A stretch of 64,000 nt of DNA from a virus: positions 1-64,000 of IMG/VR virus record IMGVR_UViG_3300050821_007134; one strand, 5' to 3'. Under the pieces are notes generated by a model. That model ran no database searches. It saw nothing but the letters and a program-made list of their open reading frames with translations, and was not told where the DNA came from. The position numbers and the translations under genes are program-made. Shown here in pieces: positions 52,948-64,000 of this stretch; the stretch's first letter is position 1; every line of letters starts with the position of its first letter.

Positions 52948-53481
52948 ATGAACACACGTAAATATGAAGAGGACCTTGGTCAATACTTCGAAAAGACTTT
53001 AGAGTTGGCCAAAGACTTAGGGGTACCGATCTTTTTCGGTAAACTCCCTAAGCCCTACACAAACACGACTTGCGGAGTGTACTTTAGCGAAACAAGAACC
53101 ATATGGATAAGCACTGATGTCTATAACATTGCAAGGCCAACTAAGGGACTCATTCATACAATAGTGCATGAGATTGTTCACTCCATTCAGCATATGCTGG
53201 ACGCCTATGAGTTCTTCAAATTGCCCGACGATTTGGACGCAATAAAGGCAAATGAGATTTGGAAAAGAACTGTAATGGAGGATGCTCCCTTATTTGAAGT
53301 TGAGGCCGACGAATTAGCTATTAAGATTTGTGAGTCTTGGGGAATGAACTACATGTCTGTGTATGGCTCCTATGCTTTAAGAAAAAACTTAAAGAAAAAG
53401 CACGAATTTTTGAATTATATGTGGAATGAAGCATATGAACTTGAAGTTGAACCATTAACTGAAATAAAGGAGGCCGCATGA
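52948..53481 (+). CDS. HEXXH metallopeptidase-like protein (ImmA/IrrE-like)
   Basis: TIVHEIVHSIQH...FEVEADELA. Confidence 0.65.
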   Translation: MNTRKYEEDLGQYFEKTLELAKDLGVPIFFGKLPKPYTNTTCGVYFSETRTIWISTDVYNIARPTKGLIHTIVHEIVHSIQHMLDAYEFFKLPDDLDAIKANEIWKRTVMEDAPLFEVEADELAIKICESWGMNYMSVYGSYALRKNLKKKHEFLNYMWNEAYELEVEPLTEIKEAA

Positions 53482-53889
53482 ACGAGACGGATAAGGTACA
53501 AGAATTAGAACGACAAGTCAAAAGACTTGAAGAACTATTAAAACAAACGGCATCGGGCGTAAGTTCATTGGCCGATCAAGTAATAAGACTTGCAGAAGTT
53601 ACACAGAATATGCTTAACAGAGAGATTGAAAGGGAGTCAGGGCGATGAGCTTAACTACGCATGGAAAGAAAACAAACAATAATAAGAGCGGCGCGGCCTC
53701 AGCCAATAAACAGCGCAAGCGCAAAGAAGCCGAGGAGAGACAGGCGAAGTATACCGCTCTCACTCTATTACAAAAGCTTGACCGGCTGGTACAAAATGGG
53801 TTGCCCTCAAAAGAGCGAGTAAAACTGCTTTTGAAGGTTAAAAAAGAAGGATTGATTTTATCAAATGATATGAAGGAGAAATTAAACTT

Positions 53890-54285
53890 ATGAAAACACT
53901 TATCTTATTGATTGCCCTAATGATGTTGTCCGGATGTACCATGTGGCCACCATACAACGTATGGCAACAAAGACTTGAAGGAGAGGCCGATCTTGCAAAG
54001 GCTGAGTACTCCAAGAAAGTCGTTGTTCAGGATGCCATTGCTAAAGAGGAGTCCGCCACTCACTTAGCCGCTGCCGAAGTCGCTAGAGCCCATGGAGTAG
54101 AGCAAGCCAATATTATCATTGGCAATAGCCTTAAGAATAACGAGGCTTATCTCAAATGGCTCTACATCGAAGGTCTTAAGGAGCGCACCGGTATTGAGAC
54201 AATTTACATTCCTACCGAGGCCGGTCTACCAATACTCGAAGCTGGTCGCAAACATAATCAACAGCCAACCGGAAAGAAGGAGTAG
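53890..54285 (+). CDS. SPFH/band-7-related phage membrane lipoprotein
   Basis: LSGC lipobox, AEVARAHGVEQAN, YLKWLYI, IYIPTEAGLPILEAGR. Confidence 0.65.
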   Translation: MKTLILLIALMMLSGCTMWPPYNVWQQRLEGEADLAKAEYSKKVVVQDAIAKEESATHLAAAEVARAHGVEQANIIIGNSLKNNEAYLKWLYIEGLKERTGIETIYIPTEAGLPILEAGRKHNQQPTGKKE

Positions 54286-55562
54286 GCCATGTTAAAAGAC
54301 AATGAACAAAGAATGGACGATGAACTTGACGCCGTAGTTAAATTGCTTGCAGAGGACTTCCCTGGCACAGACGATTACAATGTGTGCAACGACGAAGAGG
54401 TCGATTTGTTCGATGATTGCGGGAATGTCTTTAAAACTATTTCCATGGAAACGTTCAATAAGTATTGGACTAGAATGGAAAACGAGTTCGACTATTCCCA
54501 ATACATTGAGATGGGAGAAAGCAATGCCTAAGCCGACTAAAGCTGAAATAGTAGTAACCAAACTACTTGATGGCATCTGGGCCGAGTGGGATCTTGACTC
54601 GGGGTACCCCAAAGAAATCAACGAACAGATTTTAAAGGTCAGAAGTGAAATTGTAGCTAAGTACCCAGACATTTATCAAATGAACATAGAAGAAGGAGTT
54701 TAAAATGCAATCGCAAAAGAAACACAGGATGCCCAAAAGAGAAAAAGTGAATGCTCTTGATTTCGCTCAGGGCTTTTTAGTCAGCGTCAGCGCATCTGCT
54801 GATACGCGAGAAGAGGCCATCAGTAAAGCTGTATTGAGCGCACGCAACATGCAAACAGCGGCTTTAAGTAAATCTAAGGACAGTGATCTTAGGGCAGCCG
54901 AGGCCAAAGAATGGACCCGAACGGCCAATTTCTGGGACAACATTGCTGGGCATTTGCCAAAGGTTAAGTACAAGTGAGTGCTTCATTGGACGGTCAATTC
55001 AAAACTAAGCAGGAAGAGTCCGACTATGGGTTTAAGCTCATAATGGATATTATTCGGGCTGCCAAAAATGGTGACCCTTACAAAGAAGAAATTAAGGAAA
55101 TGTGGGATATCGCCTACAGAAACGAAGACGTAATGTCGATGGTACGACATACACTTACATCCTTAGCCAAAGGGAGAGAGTAAATGAGAAAGTTTGATCC
55201 AGAAGACCCAGACAAATGTGAAAGATGCGGTTCGACAGAAAACGTTAGAACTGGATTGGACCCATTTGCTCAAGATGTTCACAACGAAGAAATAGAAGTA
55301 ACTTGGTGTGATGATTGTTTTTATCAGTCAGCGATGGATATATGACAAGACAAGAAGCTAATAGAGAAATATTGAAACAATTGTCTAAAGCCGTTAAGGC
55401 CAACACAGATCAGCGTTTCGGCCAGCTATTGAGAAACCTTGGTCTAGTAACAGAGGTCCGTAACGGCGAAGGGACACCCACTCATTGGATAAATGAGTTC
55501 AATACTGAGAGTGTTGCTATACTGGAACGCATGACTAAAATTGAATGGGACAAGGAAGGAAT

Positions 55563-56120
55563 ATGAGAGTTAAACTTGTAGGTATTCCTACAGAGCAACA
55601 CAAGGCTGCACGACAAGCTATTAAAATGGTTGACCGATTAGTCTGGGGCAATGAGATGAAGAAAAAAGTACAGAAAATTACCGTAATCAAAAATAGCAAA
55701 GGTAATCCTTTGGATGCCCCTATCTTCAAGGGCATATTAGACGTTTACAACCATAAAACCAAATCTTGCGTTCTTCATATCCAAGCGTTGATCGAAATGG
55801 GCGCGAACGATGATGGCAATTTGGCTTGGTCCATATGCCACGATCTTTCTCATGCATTTGATGTTGCTCACAAAAATCTAATCTTTGACACCAAAAACAA
55901 AACTTTGATTTATCTAGGAAAAACCTATGATTTTAAGAAACCGGCTGTCCATTTGATTGACGAAGAATTTGCAAAGAAAAACCGATATAGAGACTCTCGC
56001 TATTATGCTGCTCACGACTTCTATGAGCCCTGGGAAGTCAGACCTTTGATGGCTGCCGACGCGTGTATGGCCGAAATAAGAAGAAAAGACTGTCCAAATT
56101 TACTTAAGGAGGCCGCATAA
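55563..56120 (+). CDS. Metallopeptidase-like protein with an HDXXH motif
   Basis: ICHDLSHAFD...YEPWEVRP. Confidence 0.45.
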   Translation: MRVKLVGIPTEQHKAARQAIKMVDRLVWGNEMKKKVQKITVIKNSKGNPLDAPIFKGILDVYNHKTKSCVLHIQALIEMGANDDGNLAWSICHDLSHAFDVAHKNLIFDTKNKTLIYLGKTYDFKKPAVHLIDEEFAKKNRYRDSRYYAAHDFYEPWEVRPLMAADACMAEIRRKDCPNLLKEAA

Positions 56121-56923
56121 TGCACGACGAATTAGGTAACAGACTTAAGAATCAATACGAGGATAGAACGCGTTACTTCTTGCCTCGTCGAACCTACACA
56201 ATCATTCGAATTGATGGAAAGGCATTCCATACATTCGCTAAACATTGCGAAAAACCCTTTGATAAAGATTTGATGGCATTAATGGACACGACCGCAAGGG
56301 CTCTATGCAAGGAAATACAAGGTGCAAAATTTGCGTATGTTCAATCCGACGAAATAAGTATTCTTTTAACTGATTTTGAAACCATTCACACAGATGCATG
56401 GTTTGACGGCAATATACAAAAAATTGTATCTGTAGCTGCTTCTCTGGCTACGGCACGCTTTAACGAAGAACTTCAGTTATTGGCCGAAAGTCAAAGTGGA
56501 ACTAAAGACAGATTTGATTTAAGCGCAAGGCCTGCCATGTTCGACGCTAGAGTATTCACCATTCCAGACCCTACAGAAGTAGATAACTATTTCAGATGGA
56601 GGCAACAAGACGCAGTTCGTAATAGTATTCAGATGGCAGCTCGGGCCGCATTCACTCATAGCCAATGCATGGGCAAAAACTGCGATGAACTTCAGGAAAT
56701 GCTATTTACGGCGAAAAATATCAACTGGAGTGAATACTCAGCTGGAGAAAAGAACGGGCGAGTAGTTATTAAAGAGGCATATCTAGCCCCAATGATTCAT
56801 AGAAAAGATGGACCTCCTGGCAATGTAGCAAGGACTCGATGGGTAGCCCAGGGAGCCCCAATTTTCACTCAAGACACGGCGTTTCTTAAAACTAAAATTC
56901 CAGTTATGAGTCAGGAGGACTAA
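56120..56923 (+). CDS. tRNA(His) guanylyltransferase Thg1-like protein (3'-5' polymerase)
   Basis: IIRIDGKAFH, KPFD, YVQSDEISI, FDARVF and WRQQDAVRNS. Confidence 0.93.
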   Translation: MHDELGNRLKNQYEDRTRYFLPRRTYTIIRIDGKAFHTFAKHCEKPFDKDLMALMDTTARALCKEIQGAKFAYVQSDEISILLTDFETIHTDAWFDGNIQKIVSVAASLATARFNEELQLLAESQSGTKDRFDLSARPAMFDARVFTIPDPTEVDNYFRWRQQDAVRNSIQMAARAAFTHSQCMGKNCDELQEMLFTAKNINWSEYSAGEKNGRVVIKEAYLAPMIHRKDGPPGNVARTRWVAQGAPIFTQDTAFLKTKIPVMSQED

Positions 56924-57941
56924 TGATAAACAACGATACCAAAAAAGTAAAGATCGACGGAGCCATATCAATAGCTAGAAGTACGGGGTCCGATGGACAC
57001 TCTATTTCAATAAGTGTTGAGGATAGACTTTCAGGACTTCACGTTCTTGAATTAAGATTATCCATGGAAGAATTCGGAAACGTCGTTACGGGGTCCTCGG
57101 GAAAGACCCTTAGTGCGACAGTCTATCAGAATGAAAATTTAGGTAAAGAACAAGAAGTAGCAACGGCCCAGATTCCCTTAGAAGGTTTTGATATTGGTTA
57201 TGATGGCAAAGGCTGGGAGGCGTTCAATCAATTCGTAGAGACTTATGTTGAAGAGAAGTTCGGTTCGGAATGGAAAGCCGATCTGGATAAATCAAAAAAT
57301 CACTACAGAGTAATCAATGGTAAAACTCCAGAAACAAAAGGGAAACAGTATTATTCAGTTCACATTAGGAGATGGCTATGAGCGCTTATTCAACTGAAAC
57401 TACTACTCGCAATAAGGCGATTAGAAAAATCATTCAAAAGGTCAATGCAATGTCTAACCAAGAGTTGGCAGATCTTCTCTTCGAAGTCCATGGAAGAGAA
57501 GTTCTTCACAATTACATCATAGAAAATGACGAACCAGAGGAGAACGATGATTTATGAAAGACGCCTATAAAATTATTGGAAACCGATGGGTTAAAAACAA
57601 ACCATTAAAAGTTGAGGAATTTACTTTAGAAGAACTTGAAAGCGCGATAGATCAAGGATGTAGCGATAGAAATTATTCATCCTACATGCATTATATCGCT
57701 AAACGTGTTCAACAATTGAAGGAAGTGGGAAAATGAAATACGGTATCTATGACACACAGTCTGAAAGCTGGGTTAAACGCGGTCTTGTTACGACCCTAAA
57801 AGAAGGCCTATACATGACAATCGACAAATCAGAAGCTTTGGGCAGTGAAAGCAAAGAATTTGTAGAGGATGTCTTTACTCAATTGGGAACACACTTTAAA
57901 GACCGTCCCCTTGTACTGCAAGGGCTGGAAGTAAGAGAACT

Positions 57942-58472
57942 GTGAAAACTATTTTTTTGATTATCCTGTTAAGCTCTATAGCTCAGGCCAAAGACTCTTT
58001 GGAAGTCGTTGGCGGCAGTCTGACCTATCACTTAGAAAGTAGCTCTGATGGGCGCCCAATGCCCTACGATCACACTTTAACACCAGACCACGAACTTATA
58101 GACAATCCCTTATTTGGCCTTGGATGGGTCCACCAAACCAAGGACGACTACTATTGGGGCGCCAAGCTATTCGGGGGCGAGAACTCTGTTGGTCAGCCCA
58201 TGACTGGACTTGATGCGTCATTCGGCGCCGTCTATGGAGGTTGGTTCATTGGTGTCGTTGGCGGGGGCTATGTTCAAAACAATAAGACATTTGAGAGTGC
58301 TGGAGTCATACCGCCCAGCATTGCTGAATTCGGTGACACCGGCCTTGTTCCGATCATTGGGGGCGAAGCCAATTATAGAATCAATTTATGGGGTAACTCC
58401 TATTTGAAGTGGAATAACCTTTTGACTCCAATGTTGTACAATATGAGCTTATCCATAGGATTTGACCTATGA
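57942..58472 (+). CDS. Outer-membrane beta-barrel protein
   Basis: Signal peptide ending AQA, Gly/aromatic beta strands and C-terminal SLSIGFDL. Confidence 0.6.
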   Translation: MKTIFLIILLSSIAQAKDSLEVVGGSLTYHLESSSDGRPMPYDHTLTPDHELIDNPLFGLGWVHQTKDDYYWGAKLFGGENSVGQPMTGLDASFGAVYGGWFIGVVGGGYVQNNKTFESAGVIPPSIAEFGDTGLVPIIGGEANYRINLWGNSYLKWNNLLTPMLYNMSLSIGFDL

Positions 58473-59011
58473 AAGAAAAACTCGCGAATTTAGGCCCGAA
58501 AAGGGGGAGGGGTACCCCTCCAAGTACCTGTAATCATTGGACCCCAAAAACTGTATTTTCACCTTTCAGACTGTATAGGTATGTTCTTTATAGAGAATGG
58601 GACCCAACACTTGAAACCATAGCTTTTATTGGCCTAAATCCCTCCACAGCCGATGAGACTCAAGACGATCCAACCATTAGGCGCTGCATTGGCTTCGCGA
58701 AAAAATGGGGATACGGAAGTATCTTGGTCGGAAACATATTTGCATTAAGATCTACGGACCCAAAGAAACTATATAAAAGCGACAATCCTGTAGGTTATAG
58801 AAATGATTACTGGCTCGGCGAGATTTACAAATATGCCAAAACGACTGTTGCATGTTGGGGAACTCACGGCGCCCTAAATAGACGACACAACGATGTAAAG
58901 CAAAAACTTGGTGTAATGCACGTTTTTGGCTTTACCAAAGAGGGATTTCCTAAACATCCTCTATATTTAAGTAGTAAAGCTAAAATTCACGAATGGTGGG
59001 AGACAAGCTAA
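58469..59011 (+). CDS. DUF1643 domain protein
   Basis: YRYVLYREW, FIGLNPSTAD, DDPTIRRC, ACWG and PKHPLY. Confidence 0.88.
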   Translation: MKEKLANLGPKRGRGTPPSTCNHWTPKTVFSPFRLYRYVLYREWDPTLETIAFIGLNPSTADETQDDPTIRRCIGFAKKWGYGSILVGNIFALRSTDPKKLYKSDNPVGYRNDYWLGEIYKYAKTTVACWGTHGALNRRHNDVKQKLGVMHVFGFTKEGFPKHPLYLSSKAKIHEWWETS

Positions 59012-59270
59012 TGGACAAGCTAATGGCTAATCCAATTATTTGTAAAACGTGGGAAAATGGTAAGTGCCACTGTTTTCCAACCCATATTCCAGTAGAAGTT
59101 ATTGACTCTACAGGAGATTATAAATATTTAGGTGATTTTTCTGCGACTCCGCCACAATACAGTCGGGGCATGTTTTGCGACGACTGTAAAGTTCGTTGGA
59201 CCGGTTGTTGGGATAATTTCCAGTGTCCGCAATGTGGACAAGGAGAATTACCATCCAGCGACCCAAATGA

Positions 59271-59789
59271 CTATTCATCTTTAAAGCCGCCCTCTTCCTC
59301 TTCAGCGGCCAAGTGAGCTAGCTTATCCATATCGATGCCGCCCTGTTTAGGCATGGGCTTAGGCTTTGGAGTTTTTTTCTTGAGGATTTGTTTCATCTTA
59401 GTTGCGTTATTTTTTGTGGAACGACTGATCAAATGTTTAAACAATGACTCGCCGCGCTCCAGACGTTCGTTCTCGTCCTTCTCGGCCTGTTCATCAAATG
59501 CTTGCTGCTCTGCGGCTTTATCTTTGGAGTAGGTTGGGTCTTCCATTGTGTAGATCGAGTCAAGAATAGAATCTAGATTTTCTTCGTGATCGACGTTTTC
59601 TAGACGTGATGCATAAACTTGGGAGATTACTAGTTCCGGATCTAAAGCGTTTAAGACCAAATGAAGAGGAGTGTGAAATTTGGTGGAATATTCACGACAT
59701 ATGGATTTCCACACTGCGTCTTCCGTGGGCTCCATGGAATTAGCCAATGCGTCAGCACTGCAAAAATCAATAAGGTCCTTGAAACTCAT
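59271..59789 (-). CDS. Probable tail assembly chaperone (second subunit)
   Basis: WKSICREYSTKFHTPLH followed by an acidic region; follows the chaperone-like ORF. Confidence 0.45.
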   Translation of the reverse strand: MSFKDLIDFCSADALANSMEPTEDAVWKSICREYSTKFHTPLHLVLNALDPELVISQVYASRLENVDHEENLDSILDSIYTMEDPTYSKDKAAEQQAFDEQAEKDENERLERGESLFKHLISRSTKNNATKMKQILKKKTPKPKPMPKQGGIDMDKLAHLAAEEEEGGFKDE

Positions 59790-60019
59790 ATTCTTTCAAA
59801 CTCAGTACGTAAAAGGGGAGCTATGGTGTTGACATCGATCGCATCAAAGGATTCATCCTCGACCAATAGGATGATTGATTGTGTATATGGGTCGATAGAG
59901 GCTCCGCGAAGCTTTGCTCCACGGGGAACGCCCTCAGAAACCCTCCAGGCTGTATCTTCAGCCATGATATGGAGGAAAGCTTCAGGATTTATCTGGATTC
60001 TCTTTATCCTCGCCTTCAT
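59786..60019 (-). CDS. Small hypothetical protein (true start probably at 60019)
   Basis: MKARIKRIQINPEAF...; ATGA overlap with the downstream ORF. Confidence 0.5.
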   Translation of the reverse strand: MKARIKRIQINPEAFLHIMAEDTAWRVSEGVPRGAKLRGASIDPYTQSIILLVEDESFDAIDVNTIAPLLRTEFERI

Positions 60020-60485
60020 CCTTCGCTTCTTTATTTTCATCAACTTGCTGTTGGTAGATTTTCTCGGCGGCTTCTTTGGCTCTTTGAATGGCGTTCTTTC
60101 TCTTTTCTTCCAAATGTTTCCTATACTTAAGTTCGGCGGCAACGGCTGCGTCAAGAACCAGGGAGATGATATTCGTGTCAGCGATATCGCCAAGAACGGG
60201 CTTGTCTTCTCCCTCCCAGAATGGGGGATAAGAAATTATTCTGTACTTAAGCTGGCTTAGCGCATATGCGAGAGAGTCTTCATGTTCGGGAGTGAGTGTT
60301 GGATTACCGCCCAACATTTCACGGTACTCTCTATTGGCGGAAATTCTTTGTGTAGGAGTAAGGAAACATCGAAATTTGAATGTTCCTATATACTTACCGT
60401 TGATGGGTCCGTCTTCATTGATTCGCCATGTAGCTTCAGTGCCTTCAATGAATATTTTGGAATCGTCAAATACTTTATCGGCCAT
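59982..60485 (-). CDS. Probable tail assembly chaperone
   Basis: GKYIGTFKFRCFLTP...LAYALSQLKYRIISYPPFW...DTNIISLV pattern, as in myophage chaperones. Confidence 0.5.
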   Translation of the reverse strand: MADKVFDDSKIFIEGTEATWRINEDGPINGKYIGTFKFRCFLTPTQRISANREYREMLGGNPTLTPEHEDSLAYALSQLKYRIISYPPFWEGEDKPVLGDIADTNIISLVLDAAVAAELKYRKHLEEKRKNAIQRAKEAAEKIYQQQVDENKEAKDEGEDKENPDKS

Positions 60486-60655
60486 AAATACCTCTCGACT
60501 TTTTGTATATCATAAGTTATCCAAAGGACAACGAATTATTATTTTAGGTCCGCTCTAAGGAATGCATACAGTCAAACATACATACATACAAACATTCATG
60601 CCTGCGGGCGTGATCTTTTTATATCATTAAAAAGTGTCTTTCGATGAAAAAATTA

Positions 60656-60684
60656 TTGACCAAACGAAAAATATTTCATATCAT
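60656..60684 (+). promoter_or_regulatory. sigma70-type promoter
   Basis: TTGACC-N17-TATCAT. Confidence 0.7.
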
Positions 60685-60689
60685 GGTTA

Positions 60690-63600
60690 ATGGAGGGATC
60701 AAATATGTTCGAACTTTTTTGTCCAGCAGTAGATATGATTCATGGTGAATGGCAGATTCATACAAAGCATAATGGTGCATTCGCTGGTAACTTCACAGCT
60801 ATCATTGCGCATTGTATCAGAAATTTAGAAATAGAACAATCAGAACTTGATGTCGCAGTGCAAGAAATGTGTAAAAAGAATCACAACTGCGCTCATTTCG
60901 GAATGTTCAAGAGCTTTCTCTTTACCTATAATCGTGGTGAAAAGAAGGAGGCCGGATGAATTTTGAGGAAATGCTCGGCATAGTAAAAAAGCTTTCTTAT
61001 AAGGGTGAAAAAGAGTTTTGTTTCATTGGCTCTACATGGGGCGGCGCTGACGGTAACGAGCACATGATGGATTTGAAGGTATTCATTACGATCAAGGATC
61101 GCATTACTGGGGAAGATAGAAGAATCTACAGGCACCATGTGTTTCAAGAGGATGAACTCAAACAAATGACTGAGACTAGACTCCTTAGGGCCGTTAGGGA
61201 TTTACTAATTTGGCTGGAAAGTCATGAAGTTGAAGAGCAGCTCATCTACGGCACCAGGCGTGTTTTTGATCCTCATGCACCATTAGCGGGCGGCACCAAT
61301 GTAGTTAAGGAAAAGAAACAACATGAGAAAAAGATCAATGATTTCAAGAAGCAAGTGGTTAAACAATTAAATGAACAAAAGGAAAAACAGAATGAAGGAA
61401 TCGTACAGGGAGAAGCTTTATAAATTTGTAGTTCCCAGATTCGATATCAGTATGTTGGCAGTTAAGGCCCTAGATGCTTACAATTATCTTAATTCAGAGA
61501 GCTTAACATTTGATAAGATTGAGGAAATGCAACTGAATCACATCATGGTGAATTATATTCGCCATAAGCTAGTGAGTGATTACAACCAAAATTACAGTTC
61601 TCCTTCCTTTTCTAAGGAACCTAAGTTATACTTTGAATGGTTCAAGGCAATCAACCATGAGATCGGCCAGGTCTACCCATTCCTTAGACAGGCCATAGCA
61701 ATGCAGATTGCCCACAAGAGGAATGTAATATTTCACCCAAGAAAGAAGGAAGTGACCAAATGAATGACGCATGGAATATAATGCTAGCCGTATTGGGAGT
61801 ATTAAGCGCACTCGCCGTTGTCTTTGTAGTCCACGTGCTTTGTTTTCCTCGCAAACGAAAAACAGCCGAAGAAAAGGATAATTACAGAGTTGATAAGCAG
61901 CTTGTTTATCAATATAGAGATCACGAACTACGAACGGCAAAAATTTCAATAAAAACTGCCACAAAAAACCACGTAATTTTACTTGAAGAAATTGTTTCGT
62001 CATATCCTATAGAAGTGGACTTAGGTCCAGGAAGACATTACGGAGATACGACCATAAGCGATGCAGAATACAGAAATAAATGTATAGTCCAGGCAGTCAA
62101 CGAATTCCCCGCTCTGAAAAGAACGGTCAATAACAACTTTGACCAATTGGGCAATGTGTTCGACTCTGCTTTAAATTGGCTTCTGAGCGTTCCTGGTACC
62201 GCAGGAGCATTAGTTTTGAGCGACAATGATGAGGGAACCTTACAGCATTCCATACGTCGCCAGGATGTTCTTTCAGTGAGAGTGGTATTTTTGAAGAAAA
62301 CGTCAGTAAAATTGAAATTTTACACGGTTCAAAATATAATAGCTAAAGTTATGGAACAATTGGAAGAAATGGCTGAAAAAGATCGCTGGAGCCGACCCCC
62401 AGGCGATGTATAAGGAGAATATATGACTGACGCACAAAAAGAATTCGTAAGGCTTGCCGCCAAGTATGAAGCCATCAAAGATGAGCTTGACGACACTCGC
62501 GAAAAACTACAATCGGTTATGAAGGAAGTTGGTCTTGATACCTATACTCAAGATCCCAACACCCTTTTGGTTTATAAGATCCACAAACCAAACGGAACCT
62601 TTATGTACTACCGAGATATCGACTTCAAGCGTACAGCTAAAGAAGGCGAAAAGGGTGGAACTGTTCTCTCCAAGAAAGAAGCTGAAGAGGCAGGGTTTAC
62701 TCTGAAAAGATCGTGAGAGAATTAGAGAGTAAGCGCTTTCACGGTTGGTTCGATGAGAATTTTGAAAGTATTCAACCTGAAGGCATGGACGAATACATAA
62801 AGGTTCAACAAATTCTCCATGTAGAAGAGGGTGACGACAATATTTGGGATGCTAATATTGAATTCACTTTGTATGCCAATGAATACGGAATCGGGTTTCA
62901 TCATCGAATCCCCGCAGGTTATAGCGAATACACCTATGATCCAGATGATACATATAAATTTTATTTGACCAATGATTTCGAGGCCTTCATGAATCTTGGC
63001 TTGACTCAAGATCAGAGAGAATTCGTCACGGAAAGCAGGAAAATAAGAGTTCTTAACGCACTGAAAGAAATTTGGTTAAAAGATGAAAAAACCGAAGAGT
63101 AAATTTGGACAAGGCGAAGCCATTGTGTTTGCTCCTTCTTGGATGACACCAAGATATAAAGATCATCCATTAAAAGTAGGAGAAGTTGTTTATTTTCTCT
63201 CGGATATCCCTAATTGCCCCGGCCATTGCATTGTAGCCAAATGGAACGGATTAGTAGTTCCCATGGTGCATCCGGAAGACTTTAGAAAAGCTACGGAGGA
63301 AGAATTATGAATTTGGCCATGAGTGTAACGCCTGGCGATCACCTTCTCGAAGTAATGCATCCATTCGAAGACATTCCCTTAGCCGCCGTGTTTGATTACT
63401 TTGAAAGAATTGTTATTGGTCGCGATGTTCTAATGAAATTCCCGCATGGCGCCCGCTTATTTGTAGACGGTGAGGATAAGGGCAGATTAAGAGACATGGA
63501 TGAAATTTAAGGAATCGCCAAAAGAGATGCCCAGACATTTACAGTCCATTGAAATATATCGCTGTGCATCATGTGATAAAGCTTTCAATGGGCCGCCGGG

Positions 63601-64000
63601 ACCAATAAGATGCAAATATTGTGGACATAAGTTCGTAACTTGGTTAAACTATGAGCAGTTCCAGAGATGGTACGATTTACAGGAGGAAAAATGAACATTC
63701 AATCGGTATTACAATATGTCAAAAAGACGTATGATCCACAGCGCTACATGAACATGAAGCTTTCCACTTTCCCTACGCTCGTCAAAAGAACTATCTTCTT
63801 TGGCCAACAAGAAGGAAAGACGGACGCACAAATCATTGAGAGTTTAGAAAAACTAGCAAGTAAGTTTGAAAAACAAATTCAAGAAACGGGGTTTCAATTA
63901 TGAACTTGAAAAATTCTATTTTAAATCCACCCAACACTCAGGAAAAGAGTGAAGCCGAGCACAGAGATTTAATAAACACTGCTAACACTGGCGTTCAAGC
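60690..64000 (+). CDS. Run of about 11 small hypothetical ORFs; the last (from 63900) is truncated by the window edge
   Basis: Coupled ORFs with RBSs. Confidence 0.55.

Noticed and set aside
40000-53000. Apparent GGCC enrichment or a compositional shift in the early arm
   Set aside because: This is an impression only; it needs k-mer counts that I cannot run.
59786-60193. Programmed -1 frameshift (lambda G/GT type) in the chaperone island
   Set aside because: The overlapping ORF is in the +1 frame, no XXXYYYZ slippery site was seen, and an independent start exists at 60019.
1-64000. Stop-codon reassignment
   Set aside because: Recognisable genes are full length and coding density is high in the standard code.

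Overview
64 kb of a large lytic myovirus-type (contractile-tail) dsDNA phage genome, read in the standard genetic code, in two divergent arms. The left arm (1-39.3 kb, mostly minus strand) holds baseplate and tape-measure genes (1-15.5 kb). It continues with an accessory region carrying RNA-repair enzymes (Rnl1, Pnkp, Rnl2-like, HAD), peptide deformylase, CoaD, MazG, a histidine phosphatase, three free-standing endonucleases and two large tRNA-like structured RNAs. The right arm (40-64 kb, plus strand) is an early/host-takeover region of many small ORFs (LuxR HTH, CspA, PhaR-like, Thg1-like, DUF1643, an outer-membrane barrel), interrupted by an inverted island of probable tail-assembly chaperones. 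Three non-coding signals stand out. (i) Early genes are preceded by consensus sigma28 (FliA) and sigma54 promoters as well as sigma70 ones, which with the host-like regulators suggests a Bdellovibrionota-like host (inference). (ii) About eight intergenic islands are packed with unrelated paired palindromes, often 33 bp apart and often with IHF sites; they resemble arrays of TA/defence-regulator operators (possible DNA decoys), and one adjoins an orphan HipB-like gene. (iii) The two tRNA-mimic RNAs share one architecture. All family assignments come from motif recognition by eye; no searches were run. Many small hypothetical ORFs are grouped rather than listed singly.
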